Virus record (IMG/VR): IMGVR_UViG_3300025141_000016 | Span: 62,001-126,000 of that record | Length of the DNA: 64,000 nucleotides | Direction: 5' to 3' (one strand) | Shown: positions 62,830 through 64,000 of the stretch, one piece after another | How the letters are laid out: the number at the start of each line of letters is the position of its first letter | How positions within the stretch are numbered: position 1 is the stretch's first letter | Position numbers and translations under genes: made by a program | The notes under the pieces: generated by a model | The model's database searches: none | The model's input: only the letters and a program-made list of their open reading frames with translations | What the model was told of the DNA's origin: nothing

Positions 62830-64000
62830 ATGGAATCCCTACCCAAAATGCAGGCCGTTGTAGATCGGCTTCATATAGACGGGGTGTTGTGGCCTCACAT
62901 GGATGTGTATTTCGACTACCAGCGGGTTCCCGCAAAGTTGAAGGATCATGCCGCATGGTGGGTGTATAGAGGCTCGCACAAAGATATGCTGTTCAAGGCT
63001 TGGCGTGCGCTCCCCCCAGAACAGAAGGAAGCCCTCGACATCGCCAACGAAGCCGCCCATCAAGGATCTACGCTGACCCTCTACCGAACCCCCACCGGAA
63101 CAGAGCACACCGATCATGCAGGGGCCTCCTTCACGACGGACAAGAGCTTGTGGGGCGACGAAGGCTACGCGGTGCGTGTGCCCGTGGGTGATGTGTTGAT
63201 CTCCTACAAGACTCCGGGCTTCGAGGACATCTTCAACAACCAACGATACGGGCACGAGAAGGAGGTCATCCTCAAACCGACCGCATCAGCCGCTCGGGTC
63301 GCTTCCCGGTACATTCGGGCAGGTGGGTCGTTTCCTGCTATGCAATCCGCTGTGGACCGGCTCTACAATGAGGGTGTCATCGACTACCCCATCGAGGTCC
63401 GGTACTTCGGCCCCAGTGGTAGTGGGAACGTCGAGATTCAACTCCTCAAAGACGGTCGCCCCGGTGACTACGCTGGTCACTTCTTCACGTCCAAGCACGC
63501 GGATGGGTGGGAATCTCCGAGCACCTTGCGGGGGATCTCCGATCCATGCTTGAAGGCATACCGTAAGGTGCGGCGCAAGAACAAAGGCGCAGGTCTATGG
63601 TCAGTCCAATGGGCTTTCCTGAAGGACAAGGCCCTGTGGGGTCACGGGCTTGGCAAGATGGCCTACGAACAGATCCTCAAAGACGCGGGCAAGTTTGGGG
63701 CTGTCGTGTTCCCTGCATGGTGCGCCACAGGAGGGTCCACTACTCCGATGGCACAGCGAGTGTGGGACTCCGTAGGGAAACGCCATAGCACCGAAGGGGT
63801 GGTTGTCATCCCCAAGAACCTCCGGGTCGCTTCGACGGTAGGCGTTGCGACTCGGTACGCGAACCGCACACTCACCCAACAGACCCAACGGCTGGAGAGT
63901 GCCGTCACAGCCTTCATGGACGCTCTGCGGGAAACGGGGCGAGCCATCGGAGGGTGGAGGCGCAAGCCAATGCCCCCAGGCACCCCGGCTGCTATGCGGG
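62830..64000 (+). CDS. Multidomain protein (3'-truncated): R-S-E ART-like domain plus GNAT-like domain, separated by RVASRY motifs
   Basis: Absent from the ORF track (no stop in the window). Translated by eye: MESLPKMQAVVDRL...LTLYR...ASFTT...HEKEVIL-KPTASAARVASRYIRA...LWGHGLGKMAY...TPMAQRVWDS...RVASTVGVATRYAN. Confidence 0.75.
   Translation, partial: MESLPKMQAVVDRLHIDGVLWPHMDVYFDYQRVPAKLKDHAAWWVYRGSHKDMLFKAWRALPPEQKEALDIANEAAHQGSTLTLYRTPTGTEHTDHAGASFTTDKSLWGDEGYAVRVPVGDVLISYKTPGFEDIFNNQRYGHEKEVILKPTASAARVASRYIRAGGSFPAMQSAVDRLYNEGVIDYPIEVRYFGPSGSGNVEIQLLKDGRPGDYAGHFFTSKHADGWESPSTLRGISDPCLKAYRKVRRKNKGAGLWSVQWAFLKDKALWGHGLGKMAYEQILKDAGKFGAVVFPAWCATGGSTTPMAQRVWDSVGKRHSTEGVVVIPKNLRVASTVGVATRYANRTLTQQTQRLESAVTAFMDALRETGRAIGGWRRKPMPPGTPAAMR

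Noticed and set aside
1-64000. Prophage/cellular chromosome, eCIS/tailocin locus, or alternative genetic code
   Set aside because: No integrase, att site or housekeeping operons were seen. Baseplate genes co-occur with phage replication and lysis genes. Genes are intact under the standard code with TAA, TAG and TGA all used as stops.

Overview
This is a 64-kb fragment of a GC-rich, probably large (jumbo-like) tailed phage genome with a contractile-tail baseplate. Nearly all genes are on the + strand, and both window ends fall inside genes. Recognisable content: (1) virion genes, including two paralogous giant structural proteins, an 1888-aa beta-helix tail spike, gp25-like and baseplate-J-like proteins, and a holin plus M23 endolysin; (2) a replication block with a SNF2 helicase, a degenerate loader-like protein, DnaB, a stand-alone primase Zn finger and a family A DNA polymerase; (3) an NAD-dependent ligase, a kinase, a phosphoesterase, two GIY-YIG nucleases and an ECF-like sigma factor. 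Reading the sequence directly shows several layers that gene labels do not explain. (a) Two interleaved intergenic motif classes: GGGGGTTCAAC-N15-CGTA (7 near-identical copies plus 2 variants) precedes accessory genes, and CRRTVB-N5-YTAT (about 12 copies) precedes structural, lysis and cargo genes. (b) A set of GNAT, ADP-ribosyltransferase-like, ParB-like and zincin proteins share a short S-x-x-R-V-A-x-R-[YFW] peptide at termini and domain junctions and mostly lie behind the second motif, suggesting a tagged, virion-packaged effector cargo system. (c) A ~750-nt gene-free, GNRA-rich structured RNA candidate has its own promoter and terminator (55945-56695). (d) A covarying AYYGA-pentaloop leader hairpin sits before five genes, three of which share an unrecognised C-terminal domain. 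All functional calls come from motifs read by eye; no database searches were run.
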